Source of the DNA: Paragordius varius
Lineage: Eukaryota > Animalia > Nematomorpha
Reading direction: 5' to 3'
NCBI GenBank assembly: GCA_964247055.1
Contig: OZ176050.1
Coordinates: forward strand, 2,914,001 to 2,978,000
DNA length: 64,000 bases
This document shows positions 12,070 through 24,700 of the stretch, one piece after another (the first letter of the stretch is position 1; each line of letters opens with the position of its first letter). The notes beneath the pieces were generated by a model, which ran no database searches, was not told the DNA's origin, and saw only the letters and a program-made list of their open reading frames with translations. The position numbers and the translations under genes are program-made.

Positions 12070-13354
12070 AAATAATATCCTGATGATATATTTATATATA
12101 TATATATATATATAATATATCTTGATAGAAAAATGTATCAGGATTATGTTGGTATATTGGTTTTGGCCTTACGGGTGTTAAGCAACTTCTCCATATCAGA
12201 AAATGGCAACATTTCCGAACATTTTGATAAATAAAATTTTTTTGGTGAAAACTAAATGCTTCATGCCAAATATCACTATATATTATAAACTACATACAAA
12301 AGGTAAAAAAATATTTATATTAAATTTTTATTTATAGATGTGGCTCCGAAACCAAAATTCGAAATTTATATTGTCAGTTGTATAACTTCTATAGTATGAA
12401 AAGACACCAAAACTGATTGAAAACAGCTACTTTAAAATCAATAAATATCAAATTTGGTGGTAATATGAACCCTGAAAACTGACTAATGTTAATTACGTCT
12501 TCTAACCAAAATATACCCTAATTGCCTATTGTATTAACGTTTTAAAAAATTGAAAGAAAAAATGGCGGCGAAAAAGTTTGAGATGACGATTTTTAACGAA
12601 TTCATATTTTTTTGTATTATGTACATAAAAGGTAAAAATAGCATATTTTAAATTCTGTCTAATACCTTAATTACATTTTAAGATATTTAAATTTCAAATT
12701 GCTCTTGGATATAAAACTACCCCCAAAAGGTCACGAAGTGATAATTTGTTTGACTTTAAATTTGAAATGTTTATCATTGAAATAGAATTTGTATATATTA
12801 AATATGCCAAACGAAGTTCAAAAATCTAAAATGATAGTAATGTTCAGCTTTTTTAAATTATAAAAATGTTAATATAAAATTTAAAAGTACACGGTTTCCA
12901 CAATGCTTAAAAATATCATAAAATTCGCTTCACAATTTTGGTATAAGTATTTATTACCAAATATACACTTTTTCAGGAAAAACCTTTATTGGTGTCAAAA
13001 TTTAGCATATTAGAATTTTTATCACTAAATATTGGATGCGTTTATTTTAAGGAAGCATTTTTTACGGTTAAATATAAGACTTTTGGATTACACATCTAAT
13101 ATTTAAATGTTCATATAAATATTGATATTGTCTTGCTTTTTATAAATAGTTTATGATATATTAGTGATAATTTTGGATTAAAGCATCTAACTTTCACTAA
13201 AAAATTTATCTAAAAATGTGCGCTTTGTCATTTTTCAATATCTAAATACCATAAAGTAAACATTTATCTTATATCACTCTAAGGCCCAAAACTAACTATA
13301 AGAATTCTGATATATTTATATATTGGAAGATGTATATTTCATCAAGATAGTTTT
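12070..13354. mobile_element. Foldback element with long terminal inverted arms, older copy
   Basis: Left arm AATAATATCCTGATGA...GAAAATGGCAAC...AAACTAAATGCTTC is mirrored by right arm GCATCTAACTTTCAC...TATTTCATCAAGATAG. Same family as 20163-21304. Confidence 0.7.
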
Positions 13355-14019
13355 TAACTTTCCAATTTTGTTGCTATATAAATAAAGTTTATTTGCATCT
13401 TAGAGTGTCTTTCTACCGTTTACCATCCTTTAAAATACCATAAAATACGATTCATCAAAATTTTGCTAATTATATTTTTGGACAAAGTTTGATTTGTTCA
13501 ATAATATTTTTATAAATCATCGTATCCCATTTATTAAAAACAAGATGGCCCTATCACGGTTCGTTGTAAGTAGTTTGACCGATAATTCTTATATTTTGCA
13601 TAAATACTGTTTTTAAACGATCTTTTCAGGGTTTGTATACACTTAAATATCAAACCTATAACACAAAATTGGTTAAAATTGAAACTGTCCCTTATTAATT
13701 TTGATCCCATTTATAAGGAAAAGTATAAAAATATGACTATACAAATCCTAGAAATAAGTTTTACTAGTTATCTTTTTTGGTGGCATATTTTACAGCTCTA
13801 AAAGCGCTTAGCAATAAGTTTTACCCAATTTGTAACAAATTTTTATTTTCAATAACTGTAAAATTTTTTAGATTTTTTAGAAGCTTATTTTGCAGCTAAT
13901 TACGGGGACTAATTTAAAAGAGTGGCTCTATCAAGCTAACATTATTTAAATGTAAGTAATAGAATGCCCTTAGATAATATTATATGAAAATAAAAATTTA
14001 TTTTACTATCCCTTTTTTT

Positions 14020-14660
14020 GAATTAGGTTCCCAGTTCGGGCTCAACCCGTGTAAAAAACGGTTTTTTTGAAAAGAGAAGGCCACAAAAATTGTGTTTTTA
14101 AGGATAATTTTCCGGAGAACTTGTTGGACCATTCAATTTCAAATACGATTTTTGTTATTTATTTTGATTGCGCCGAACATAGTCGGCTTGCATTTTTAAT
14201 TTAGGCCCTCTTTTTACCCGCTCCCCCCGTAAAATGCCATTTTTTTCAAAAAAACAACTCCACAAAAATAATTTTTTGAATCTATTTTCCGCCTAAGCAA
14301 TAAGACCGTAAATATTCTATGAGTATTCCAGGTATTCCCTGCTAAAAGGCAAAAATTTTAGCCTTGCGTTTTTTTATATTGGCTGGGTAAGGAAATACTC
14401 ACTAAAAACTGCCTTGTAGTATCAAAAAAGCATGCCTTTGGGACTAGATTTCAGAAAACCTATCAGGCCATATGAGTTCAACTGGAAAATATTACCCGCA
14501 ACAAGGCAAAAATTTAGGTCGTACGTTTTTTTATAATTAGCCGTTAATTAAGCCCTTCACGCCCTGAAAAATGCGCCATTATAGTAGGATATTTTAGTTT
14601 TGAGGCATTTTTTCCAAAAACTAATGAGAGCATATGGAATCAGTCATGATTCCAGGTATT
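14020..14660 (+). mobile_element. Truncated long-form copy of the Helitron family
   Basis: Matches the family internal sequence (CGCCGAACATAGTCGG, TTTACCCGCTCCCCCCGTAAAATGCC) plus AAGGCAAAAATTT subrepeats. Both termini are missing. Confidence 0.85.
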
Positions 14661-14799
14661 CTCAAGGCAATAGCAAACAAAATTTTGTAGAATCGTACTA
14701 CTATTTAAGGCATATTGGAAACGATATAAGACATCATAAAAACAGTTTTAATATTATTTGTATGGTGCTCATTTATACCGCTTCAAAATTTTATAATAC

Positions 14800-15950
14800 T
14801 CGTTCGTCTTAAAATTTAGGTTAAATATGAAAATTGTTTTTTTTACAAAAATTTACCCAAATGGAAACAATTTAAATTAAAATCAAAATGTGATAAAGAT
14901 GTTCAGTATCATCAAATTATATGGAAAAAGTGTTTTCAAATATCATAAATTTTATAACGCTATCATCTTGCCTCAGATTACCATAAAACCGCTTCACCAA
15001 AATTTTGCTATAATAATTTGACTTTTAAGATAAATATCCATTTTTCGTAAAAAAAATTAATGTCAATATATAGTACATTTAGAAATAATTAGCGTAATTC
15101 TAGTATTTTTGCGTTGACTTTAAAAGGCTGCCCATTTTAGACACGAAAAAATTTGAGACTTTCAGATCGCTCATCTAAAAATTGATTTTTAAAAAATAAT
15201 GTTTTGCTTTTAATATATTTAATATTTTAGTGATATTTTTTGGAATGATTGATGGTTCAAAAAAATTTAACTTAACAAAATGTCCGCAAATTTTGTTATT
15301 TTATACCAGTTATCACAAAAGTGTGAATAGCTTTTTAAATCACTCGTAATGGCCAAAACCGAAAGCATGATAATCCTAATATATTTTCCTATTAGAAATA
15401 TATATTTTATCTAGATATTTTTTTGTAAAGAGTTTGTATATGAGACCACATGGATTAAATTTGGTTTTAAGTATTTATGAAACAATATTAGTCAGTGCTT
15501 TTCCAAATTAACCCCATACAAATTACATTTTTGTCGTACCGCTCCATATCAGAGAATGGCAAAACATTCGCATATTTTGTTAAATAAATATTTTTTGTGT
15601 AGGCTAAAGGCTTCATTCCGTACTTAACTATATCATAAACTACATATTAAATGCCAAATAATATTTTTTATATTTTGAATTTTAGAGCTGCGAAAGTTTC
15701 AAATTTTTAAATCCCTCAGTGGGCAAGGTTTTTAAATAAAGGCTAGAGAGAGATCTCTTGATAAAAAATTTTTATATATGCTAAATTTTGACATTAAAAA
15801 AGTTTTTTCCAAAAAATGGGTATTTTGTGTAAAAATTAATCTATAACAAAATCTAGTTGAACTGTACTTTATACTGGTTTGATGCATGACTAAATGGTAT
15901 AAAAGCGTTTAAAGATATAATGGTTAAACTTTTTCTATAAAATTTGATAT
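14800..15950. repeat. Partial foldback-family copies: a centre plus right arm (to about 15430), then a left arm (about 15520-15950)
   Basis: Shares arm motifs such as GGCCAAAACCGAAAGCATGATAATCCT and GCTCCATATCAGAGAATGGCAAAA with the other copies. Confidence 0.6.
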
Positions 15951-16171
15951 TGAACATTTATGTTCAATTCACAATTTTGATTAAAATTTTCGCTCGTCTT
16001 CAGTTTTATATTCAATATGAATTGAGTTTTTTTTATAATATAAACTCAAATTTAAAATCAAGAGGTAAAAAGAGGTATTTTATTAAACAACCAATAATAA
16101 CACTAATCAACAAGGTGTTGAATCACCCCTCTTTTTACATTTTCTGTTAACTAACACATTGTACAAAGTCG

Positions 16172-17522
16172 GGGTCATGAAAAAATATTTTGATTAAATA
16201 TATTTTGATAGAAATGTTCAGGAATCTCATAGTGCTTTTGGTAACCCTTACGAGTGATAGAAGAAAGTTATTTAAACTTTTGTGGTAAGTGCTCCATAAC
16301 AGAAAATGGCAAAATTTGAGCACATTTTTGGTATTAAAATTTTTTTGATGAACGCTAAATGCTTCATACCAAAATGTATGACAAAAGTATATCATAAACT
16401 ACTTATGGGCTTTAAATATCCCAAATTTTTTTGTCCTTCTAAAACGGGATATTTCTTTTAAAATAAACGCAAAAATGCCCGGACTTTTTCCAATAAAATT
16501 TTTAAAAATATTCTAAATTTTGACATCAAAAATTTTTTTAAAAATGCATACTTTTAAATTTAATTTTTAGCTTGTTGAAGCGTACTCACTATTATTTATA
16601 ATGATGGAAACGGTATAAAAACGCTTTTAGATTTTGTTATTGATGTTGCTAAACATTTCTATCGCTTCAGAATTTAAATGTAAAGGTTCATTACTTTCAA
16701 AATTTGGTGATTATTTATAAAAACAATTTATATTTGACATAACTTGAAGACAAACGATTATTTTAATCAAAATTCGGAGAAAAGGATGGATGAAGTAGAC
16801 ATCAATAAAATTTTGCTAAAAATTATATATTTATGAAAAGTATTTTTTTAAAAAAAATTGTCAAAATTTAACATATATTTAATTTTACACACCATTCAGG
16901 CATTTTTGCGTTCATTTTAAAAGAACAAGCCCGTTTCAGAACAGCAAAAAAATTTGGGATCGAGGCCCACATCTAAAAAATAAAATTTATAAAAATATTA
17001 ATTTGCCTTTTATTAGTAGTTTATGATATTAATTTATACTTTTTGGAATGAAGCATTTAGCTTTCATCAAAAAAGTTTTATTACCAAAAATGTGTTCAAA
17101 TTTTGCCATTTTCTGTTATAGAGCACTGTGCAAATCTGAAAAATATACTTTGTTTTTAATATCATAATTTTCTGTGTTACATACAAATTTGAAACACATA
17201 TCTTAGTTGTATATCATAACCTTCAGTGAATTGTATTATTTTCTATATTTTTTGTGTACTATGTAAATATTATATCCTTTGTTAATTGAAATTTTATTGA
17301 TATAATGCAAATTATGTACAACTAAAATTAGTATATATAAACCCTAAAAAACCAAATAAAGAATTCATTTCACATTTCTTATATTATCTCCTCATCTTTA
17401 CAAATTAACAAGCACTTACCACAAAAAAATAACTTTCTTCTATCACTCGTAAGGGATAGATCCAAAAGCACCATGAGATTCCTGATATATTTTTCTATCG
17501 GAATGTATATATTTCATTAGCA
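16172..17522. mobile_element. Foldback-family element interrupted by a solo LTR
   Basis: Left arm CCCTTACGAGTGATAGAAGAAAGTTATT...GTGGTAAGTGCTCCATAACAGAAAATGGC is mirrored by right arm GCCATTTTCTGTTATAGAGCAC[insert]...AATAACTTTCTTCTATCACTCGTAAGGG. Confidence 0.8.
17127..17410. mobile_element. Putative solo LTR (284 bp)
   Basis: Insert begins TGT and ends ACA, flanked by a 5-bp direct repeat AGCAC (17122-17126 and 17411-17415). Removing it restores the foldback arm sequence. Confidence 0.6.
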
Positions 17523-17600
17523 CACTCTGTAATGCTATTAAAAGGCCAAAATAAAAAAAGGGCGCAAATATGATTTAAAATTTACTAATATATTTTGTAA

Positions 17601-18640
17601 TCTATATATTTAAAAAAATGGAAAATGCTGGCTTTGTGATCTGTTTCCGGAAAACCGGTAGACCCATTATCCAAATGTTGAAAAAATATAATCATTAAAG
17701 AATGCCCCGACAATAGCTTCGCCTTTTTTTGAATTAGGTTCCCAGTTCGGGCCCACCCCGTGTAAAAAACGGGGTCCACAAAAATCGTTTCTTTGAGACA
17801 ATTTTCCGGAGAACGTGTTGGACAATTCAATTTCAAATATGATTTTTGTTTACTTGTTTCGATTGCGCCGAACATAATCGTCTCACTTTTTTAATTTTGG
17901 CCCTCTTTTTACCCGCTCCCCCCGTAAATGCCATTTTTTTCAAAAAAAACAAAGTCCACAAAAATAATTTTAATCTATTTTTCGCCCAAGGTAGGAGACC
18001 GTAAAAATTTAATAAGGATTCCAGGTATTTCCTGTTAAAAGGCAAAAATTTTGGTCAAGCGTTTCTTTGATAGGTGCTGAGTAAGGAGCTACCCGCGAAC
18101 AAGTGACCCGTAATATCGAAATAGCGTGCTTTTGGGGCTAAATTTCAGAAAACCTATCAGGGCAGAGGCTTAAAGTAATACCCGTAAAAGTCAAAAATTT
18201 TAGTCGAGCGGATTTTTTAAATTAGCCGTTAATTTCGCCCCTCACGCCCTGAAAAGTGCGCCACCATAGAATAATTTTTTAATTTTGAGGCAATTTTTCC
18301 AAATACTAAGAGCATATGCAATCCATGATCCCACGTATTCTCCGTATAAAGGCAAAAATTGTAATCAGCTTTCTTGGTATCAGCCTCTGGGTATGGAGCT
18401 ATCCGCCAAAAACTGTGCCACTATATATAAATTACGTTGTTTTGGATATATTTTAAAAAAGCTTATGCCATATGAGCTCATTTAAAGTTCGAATACCCGT
18501 AACTAGGTAAAAATTAAGGTCAGGCCTTTTTTGTTAATTTGGGGCCTTTATGCCCTAATACGCCATCATATAACGATTATTCAGTGTTGAGGTATTTTTT
18601 CGAATAACCCATGAGACGATGGGGGTACTATTTAGTTATT
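17601..18640 (+). mobile_element. Long-form Helitron copy, 5' end intact, 3' end lost
   Basis: A17600|TCTATATATTT start, family internal sequence and subrepeats. Abuts the gypsy remnant. Confidence 0.85.
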
Positions 18641-18649
18641 GGAGCCGAC

Positions 18650-19950
18650 GGGCACGTTTAAGAAATTGTTCCTAGACTACATTTTATCGATATATGAATA
18701 CTTGTTCTATACGCCCAAAAGAAATTATTCATTTCGTTTTGGGCATTATTACTATTGTCAGCCTTGTGCGACTTTAAAGTACAAATGAGCCTCTCAACCA
18801 TCCTGTTTGTATTCGGATGATACGGTGCTTACATGACATGTCATTAATATATTTGACATTGTTTGAAACTCTGAGAACAGAAAATAAGAAGCGTTAACTG
18901 TTATTATCATTCCTGATAACCCGAATAGTGTCAATTTAAGATGAGAATGAAGAAGTTACCTTTTTGTTAGTTTCCCCTTATCGGAAATAACTATTTAACT
19001 ATATAGCAGCCGTTGACGGTTTTATTTTTTTACATTATATTAGGTTTGGTTTTATATTAGCTCTGTCGAGTTGACAATTTTGGCAAGATTTGATTCCTTC
19101 GTCCAAGGCGTTATTTATACCCGGCCAATATATAACATCTTTTGCTTTTTCCATCATATAGTTTTTTCTATGTGATCTACGTTAAAAAGTCTCAATACGT
19201 TTGGTTGCTATACCTTTGGAATTAGATTATCGTTTCAACATAAAAGCCCATAGGAATTTTCTAATTCGTTATTATTTCTTAACGGTTTTAATTTGTCGTG
19301 TGACCAATCATTTGTTGTTAGTGCGTTTCTTTTCTAAGTTTTATGATTTTTGGTAACTCCTATTATTTCCTATTTATTTATATTTTCGCAACGGATAAGT
19401 ATAAAGTCAACTATATTAGTTGTTTTGAATGGAAGGTGAGATTCGGGATGTATTTCATATTATAGTTATATTCTACGACATTATACATCCTATTATTAAA
19501 TTTCCGCTCATTTCCAAATAATTTTAGTAACGCCTTATGGTTTATAATTAAGTCAAATATACGGCCATGTGTATATGTTTTAAACTTTCTAGAGCAAACA
19601 GTATCGCCTTGGCTTCTCGCTCTTAATATAATGTTTTACTTGGGTGTTCTGTTTTTTGAGTTTGGTGATATATGATAGCACCGACACCCCTCTTTGAAGA
19701 GCTGTTTCAGCTCGGTTCTGGGTTAAATAGCTTTAATTTGATTGCCTTTGTAATCTGTTTTTTTGCTAACTCAAAGCATTATTCGTGCGACGAATGCTAT
19801 TTCCATCTATGTTTGGGCTAACGTTCTGATGCAAAGATGGGATGAATGTATGATGAAGATTAAGTAAGCCAAAAAAGATTTAAAGGCTCTATTAACTGGT
19901 CTAGAGGGTTTTTTTTCTCCTCTATTTTGTCTAGACTTAGATTGCCTGAA
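18650..19950 (-). mobile_element. Decayed Ty3/gypsy pol fragment (RNase H and integrase)
   Basis: Minus-strand segments EREAKAILFALE, FKTYTHGRIFDLIINHKALLKLFG, AKDVIYWPGINNALDEGIKSCQNCQ, MVERLICTLKS and NFFWAYRTSIH match RNase H, zinc-binding and integrase core motifs in gypsy order. Many stops. Confidence 0.8.
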
Positions 19951-20162
19951 TTTAACTCTGAAAGTTGAACATGCTTAGTCTTATAATTATTTAATTTAGG
20001 CATTCAATTTTTTTTAATTAATTAAGTTTTGTTTATGCTCTCTCTGTTAACGTAATCTAAGTATATGGAAGTATCGGGGCAATGGGTTAGCAATCGATCC
20101 ATGACTCGGTGATAATACCGGGTGCATATGATCTTAACACTGCGTCCAAATTGGAAAGATAC

Positions 20163-21304
20163 AATAATTACCTGATGAAATATATATATTCTGATAGGAA
20201 AATGTATCAGGATTATTATGGTGCTTTTGTTTTGACCCCTAAGAGTCAATTAGGAAAACACTTTTGTTAAGTGCTTCATGTCAGAAAATGATGAAATTTG
20301 GGCACATATTTTTAAATAATAAATTTTTTTTGTGAAAGCTAGAGATCTGACCCCAAAAATATCTAAATATGTCATAAACTACATATAAAGGCAAATATTT
20401 TCAAAAATTTTAATTTTTAGATGTGGTCTCTGAAAGTCCCAAATTTTGTTTTTCCAAAATGAGCTACTCCTCTTAAAAGCAAAAATGCCGGATTGCGCGA
20501 TTAAAAATTTAAATATATGCTCAATTTTGATATCAACTAAAAATATTTTTAAAAAAATGCATAGTTTAATTAAAATTTTAATTTTTAGCAGAATGTTGAA
20601 CCGTACTTTATGGTATTTTAAGTCACGATGGAAACGGCTAAAAACGCTTTGATATTATCAATTTTTATATATAATTCAATTATGCTAAACATTTCCACCA
20701 CCTCAGATATTATTTGTTTGTCCTGAAATTTATGTTAAATTAATACTGTGTTTTTTTTACAAAAAAACATAATTTTTAAATTAAAATTGCAAAGCGTAGA
20801 AATGTTCAGCAGCATCGAATTATATAGAAGTGGTTTTAAAATATCAAAGCGTTTTTTAACCGTTTTATCGTGACTCAAATTAGTATGAAGTAAGCTTTAA
20901 CAAAATTTTGCCAACAATCGAATTTTCATAAAATTATGCATTTTTTTAAAAAATATTTTTATTTGATATCAAAATTGAGTATATATTTAATTTTTGTTGC
21001 GGAGATTGGCTTATTTTAGCAAAAAAATTTAGGACTTTCAGAGCCCTTAAAATTAAAATTTTTGAAAATGTTGTTTTTCCTTTTATATGTATTTTATGAT
21101 GTATTTTACTGATGGGGGGAATGTAATTTCTAGCTTTCACCAAAAATATTATTTAAACAAATGTGCGCAATTTCCATTTTCCATGGGTTACTTAACAAAG
21201 GGTAAATAACTTTCTTAAATCATTTTTAAAGACCAAAACCAAAAACACCATGATAATCCTGCTGTATTTTTCTATCAGAATATATATTTCCTCAGGTTAT
21301 TTTG
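20163..21304. mobile_element. Best-preserved foldback element, about 1.14 kb, arms about 0.5 kb
   Basis: Outer ends ACCTGATGAAATATATATATTCTGATAG and CTATCAGAATATATATTTCCTCAGGT. Inner match GTCACGATGGAAACGGCTAAAAACGCTTTGATATT versus AATATCAAAGCGTTTTTTAACCGTTTTATCGTGAC. No coding capacity. Confidence 0.85.
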
Positions 21305-21797
21305 AGTGTGTAAGAGGAGGGTGAGTATCCCAATGGTATTGTGGATTGTTATGTGAATCTCTTTGTGTATTGAGATCTAATAACATGCGCTCTAATCACT
21401 TCCTCTCGTACAAGGATATTGCTTAACTATTCTTAACTGAGGGTTTAATATAACACTAAATCGGCATAAAGTCAAACCCCCAACACATTCTAATTTTTGT
21501 TTACAAAAAAGATCGTTAAATTTAGTTGAAATATTCATTAATATGATTTCATTGCGTATTCAATACCTTAATCCAACAAATTTAAGGGTAGGTGTTGTTG
21601 ACCCAAGATATACAAATTTTTTTTCTAAAAACAACCAATATTGTAATCCTAGGTACTGCAAGCGATTAGCCCACAAGGTTTTATCAAAGTGTTTTTGGAG
21701 GCGCTATTGTACCGTTACCTGTGGTATGCTAAATTAACCTTTTACAGCCTATTTTTTAGCGCTTATATGAGAAAAATTGAGGTTTCAGCGTTTTTGC

Positions 21798-23402
21798 TAT
21801 CAAAAGTATTGGGTGGAGAGATAAAAAAAATTTTTTGACTTGACTTGCAGGTTTTTCAAATGGCTTGCTTTCAGGCGATAAAAAAATTTAACATTGCACG
21901 ACTTAAGTCAAGCAAGAAAACTTGATTGGGAGGTGATAAAAAATCATATGATCAAGTAAAACTTATAGATTTTGCAAGTGTGACAGATTTTAAAATGTGG
22001 ATAAAATTATTTTCCAAACTATTTATGTATGTAATCTAGGCTTTATATGTAATTTAAACCTTTGTAAATTATTTAAATTGTTTATTGATAAATTTTGGCT
22101 AATTAAATTGGGTGGATACAAAAGAGGATAAAAAAAACTTTCCTAATATTCAACAATGCTTATAAAAATATGCTAAATATATCGATTCCGTGAACGCAAA
22201 AAAATTTGATTTTTAAAAACTTAAAATTATTAATTTAATATTAATCTTGTAAAAAATTACAATCTTCGTTTATGAAACGTTTATGGTTACTTCACTATTA
22301 ACTAATGTAAAGAATTTATTTCATCATAAATTTATTTCGGTAATGTTGATAATCAAATGAAATAATATTATGATATATTGTATAAACATCTTCCCATTAT
22401 ATTTGCAAATAATCTCCAAACAAAATGAGTGTGGTAAAATAATAGAAAGTCTTTTAAGGGCGAATGGTTTTCAATCTAAAGATTATTACCTGGCTCAATA
22501 TTTAAAAAACTCTATAATATTAACACTTGAATACAACACACTCATTTTAGTCCTTCGATTCAAATTGGGGTAGTTGGATACCCCAGGCCTGTTTAAAATC
22601 AAATAGTTTAAAAAGTATGGAAGGAATCGAAACCATGGCAAAATTTTGCACTTATGTAACATAATTAAACCTAAATGTATAAAAAATTTCATTCAAAAAT
22701 AATTGATATTAAATATTTTAAGCTAAAACCTAAAGGTAAAAGTTTCGTCAACCTGACATGTGTCAAATGGTAAAATTAAAAAATAATACAAAATAAACTG
22801 CTTTTTCTATTTTTATCAATGTTAAATGTAATTTATATTAAAATTTAGCTTTAGTTCTACCCTTAAAATTAAATGAAGACGATATTTTGCAAAAATTTTG
22901 TAAGATAAAAATGGCGTCGAAGTAGTTTGAGATGGAACTTTTTAAAACAAAATTTTATCAAGCTATTTTGGCTTATTTATATAATTTTTATCAGGATAGA
23001 AGCATAAATTTAAATTCAGGCCGTTTCATTCAGTAGTTTTTTAAAAACATACCTTAAATTTGGTCTGGGGTATTTAGAACCCATTTTGAATCAAAGTGTT
23101 AAATAAGATACGTGCCAGTGAGTTTGAAAAATTTCAATAAATGCATATTGTATTAATTGTTTATCTTTTTGTGCTTTATTTCATAAATTTTGGAAAATAA
23201 TCAAAATAATTTCCATAAAATTCGAATTGGGTGGCAAAAAAATATTACGTTCATAAGCAAAAGACTTGACTTAAGTCTTTTTTTATCACCGATCTTCAAA
23301 TGTACACTTGCTGGCTTAAGTAGACTTGCTCAACTTGCCACACTTGGCCTACAAGTCAAGTGCGACTTTTTTATCCCCCCACCCATTATCTCTTTTGACG
23401 GC
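21798..23402. repeat. Second inverted-repeat element with GATAAAAAA and GACTTGACTT subrepeats, hosting a piggyBac-like MITE
   Basis: GGGTGGAGAGATAAAAAAA...GACTTGACTTG (about 21811) is mirrored by AAGTCAAGTGCGACTTTTTTATCCCCCCACCC (about 23352-23385). Boundaries approximate. Confidence 0.55.
22524..23098 (+). mobile_element. piggyBac-like MITE (575 bp)
   Basis: TTAA at 22520-22523 and 23099-23102. Termini CACTT and AAGTG, with subterminal GGGGTA...TACCCC motifs. Confidence 0.8.
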
Positions 23403-24700
23403 GTTTCAAAGAGCTCTGAGGCTTGGCGTAATTTTAAACCAGGGGCGTCCATGCTTTTGATTCTGGCCCTTACGAGTTTCATCATAAATTTCCACACCCC
23501 CAGCTCCTTGCCTAATGTATGTACCTTGTTTTCATGCCTACCACGTCAACATTGAGCGGACTGGCGACCAATTTTTAGGTATCAAGATTGTTGATTGATA
23601 CGGAGGAACCTATGTCGTACTTCATTTATATCAATAGTCTGTTAAGCTTCGCGCTTCTCTAGGCGGTTGCTGCGCACTCCAATACTATTAATTTTACCCT
23701 TTTCGTACATTTTGATAGAAAATACCCCCATATTTTGCAGTTGAATCATTCCCAAAGCAAGACATTGGTCGATGGTGTATCGCAATTTCTACTACATATT
23801 GCCGTTGAGTCGATTGCTTGGGGCGATTGTTCATTCACAGCAAAAGATTTTTCTGCTCGCTTTGAGGATTCATGGCATTTTCAAATAAATTGTTTAAAAC
23901 AGGTCCATCATCAATTCTCAAATCGAGAAAAGCTGTTAATTTTTATTCGTTTTACAGCTGCCCGCTTATAAATTCATCCCGAGTTTGATATCAATACTGT
24001 AACAACACTTAGCAGTCTTCATCCTGTAGCAGATATTTGGTAATCATCCGATGATCTATCACCTTAGTAAGATCGAACGGCGTTTTATGGATTTTAGAAT
24101 AGAATACTTCCAGCCTCCAATATTGTTAGCCAATCTTTAACACAGTTCCAAATATTGTTCCAGTTTGTTTGTAGTAGTCATGCCAAAATAGGCTAACAAT
24201 AACTATTTAATTATTGTCACTTATCGGCAACCCCTGGCCAGCAAAACACGTTTCATGTGCTGCAAATATTTTTCAAAATTTACCCTTTTTACATATGGAG
24301 AATTATATTGTTTTGGCATATTCGCAGCGCCAGAATATAATAAAAAGAATGTGTAACGACTAAAATATTATACTAATCATACTTTAAAATAATAGGTGCT
24401 TCATATTAACAAATAAACATGCTCACAAATTAACTAACGTAATTATATTGACTTTCTATATAAACTACAATATAAAGCTCCATCAGGAAAGAGAGAGAAT
24501 TATATTTTAAATGAGTGTGTTTGAGCCTAGAAATTTTGTTTCCTATCGGTTAGAAAACTAATATAAAAATACTACTTTTTTATATTCAACAAAGCACCAT
24601 ATATATTATGCTATTTTCCAAATATTTTTTATAGCGTTTTTACCTTTTACTAAATTAATCAGCGCATTCTTATTTTCATGTGGTAATTTTGAATTTTGGT

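Noticed and set aside
18713-18756. Hairpin plus 7 nt plus CTAT-T as an alternative Helitron 3' end for the 17601 copy
   Set aside because: The hairpin lies within gypsy integrase coding sequence on the minus strand (NFFWAYRTSIH), and CTAT does not fit CTRR. Coincidence is simpler.
23440-24236. Intact hAT element bounded by CAGGGG-type TIRs
   Set aside because: The flanking 8-mers (TTTTAAAC versus GCCAGCAA) do not match, so it was not called as a feature and is kept only as an unexplained island.
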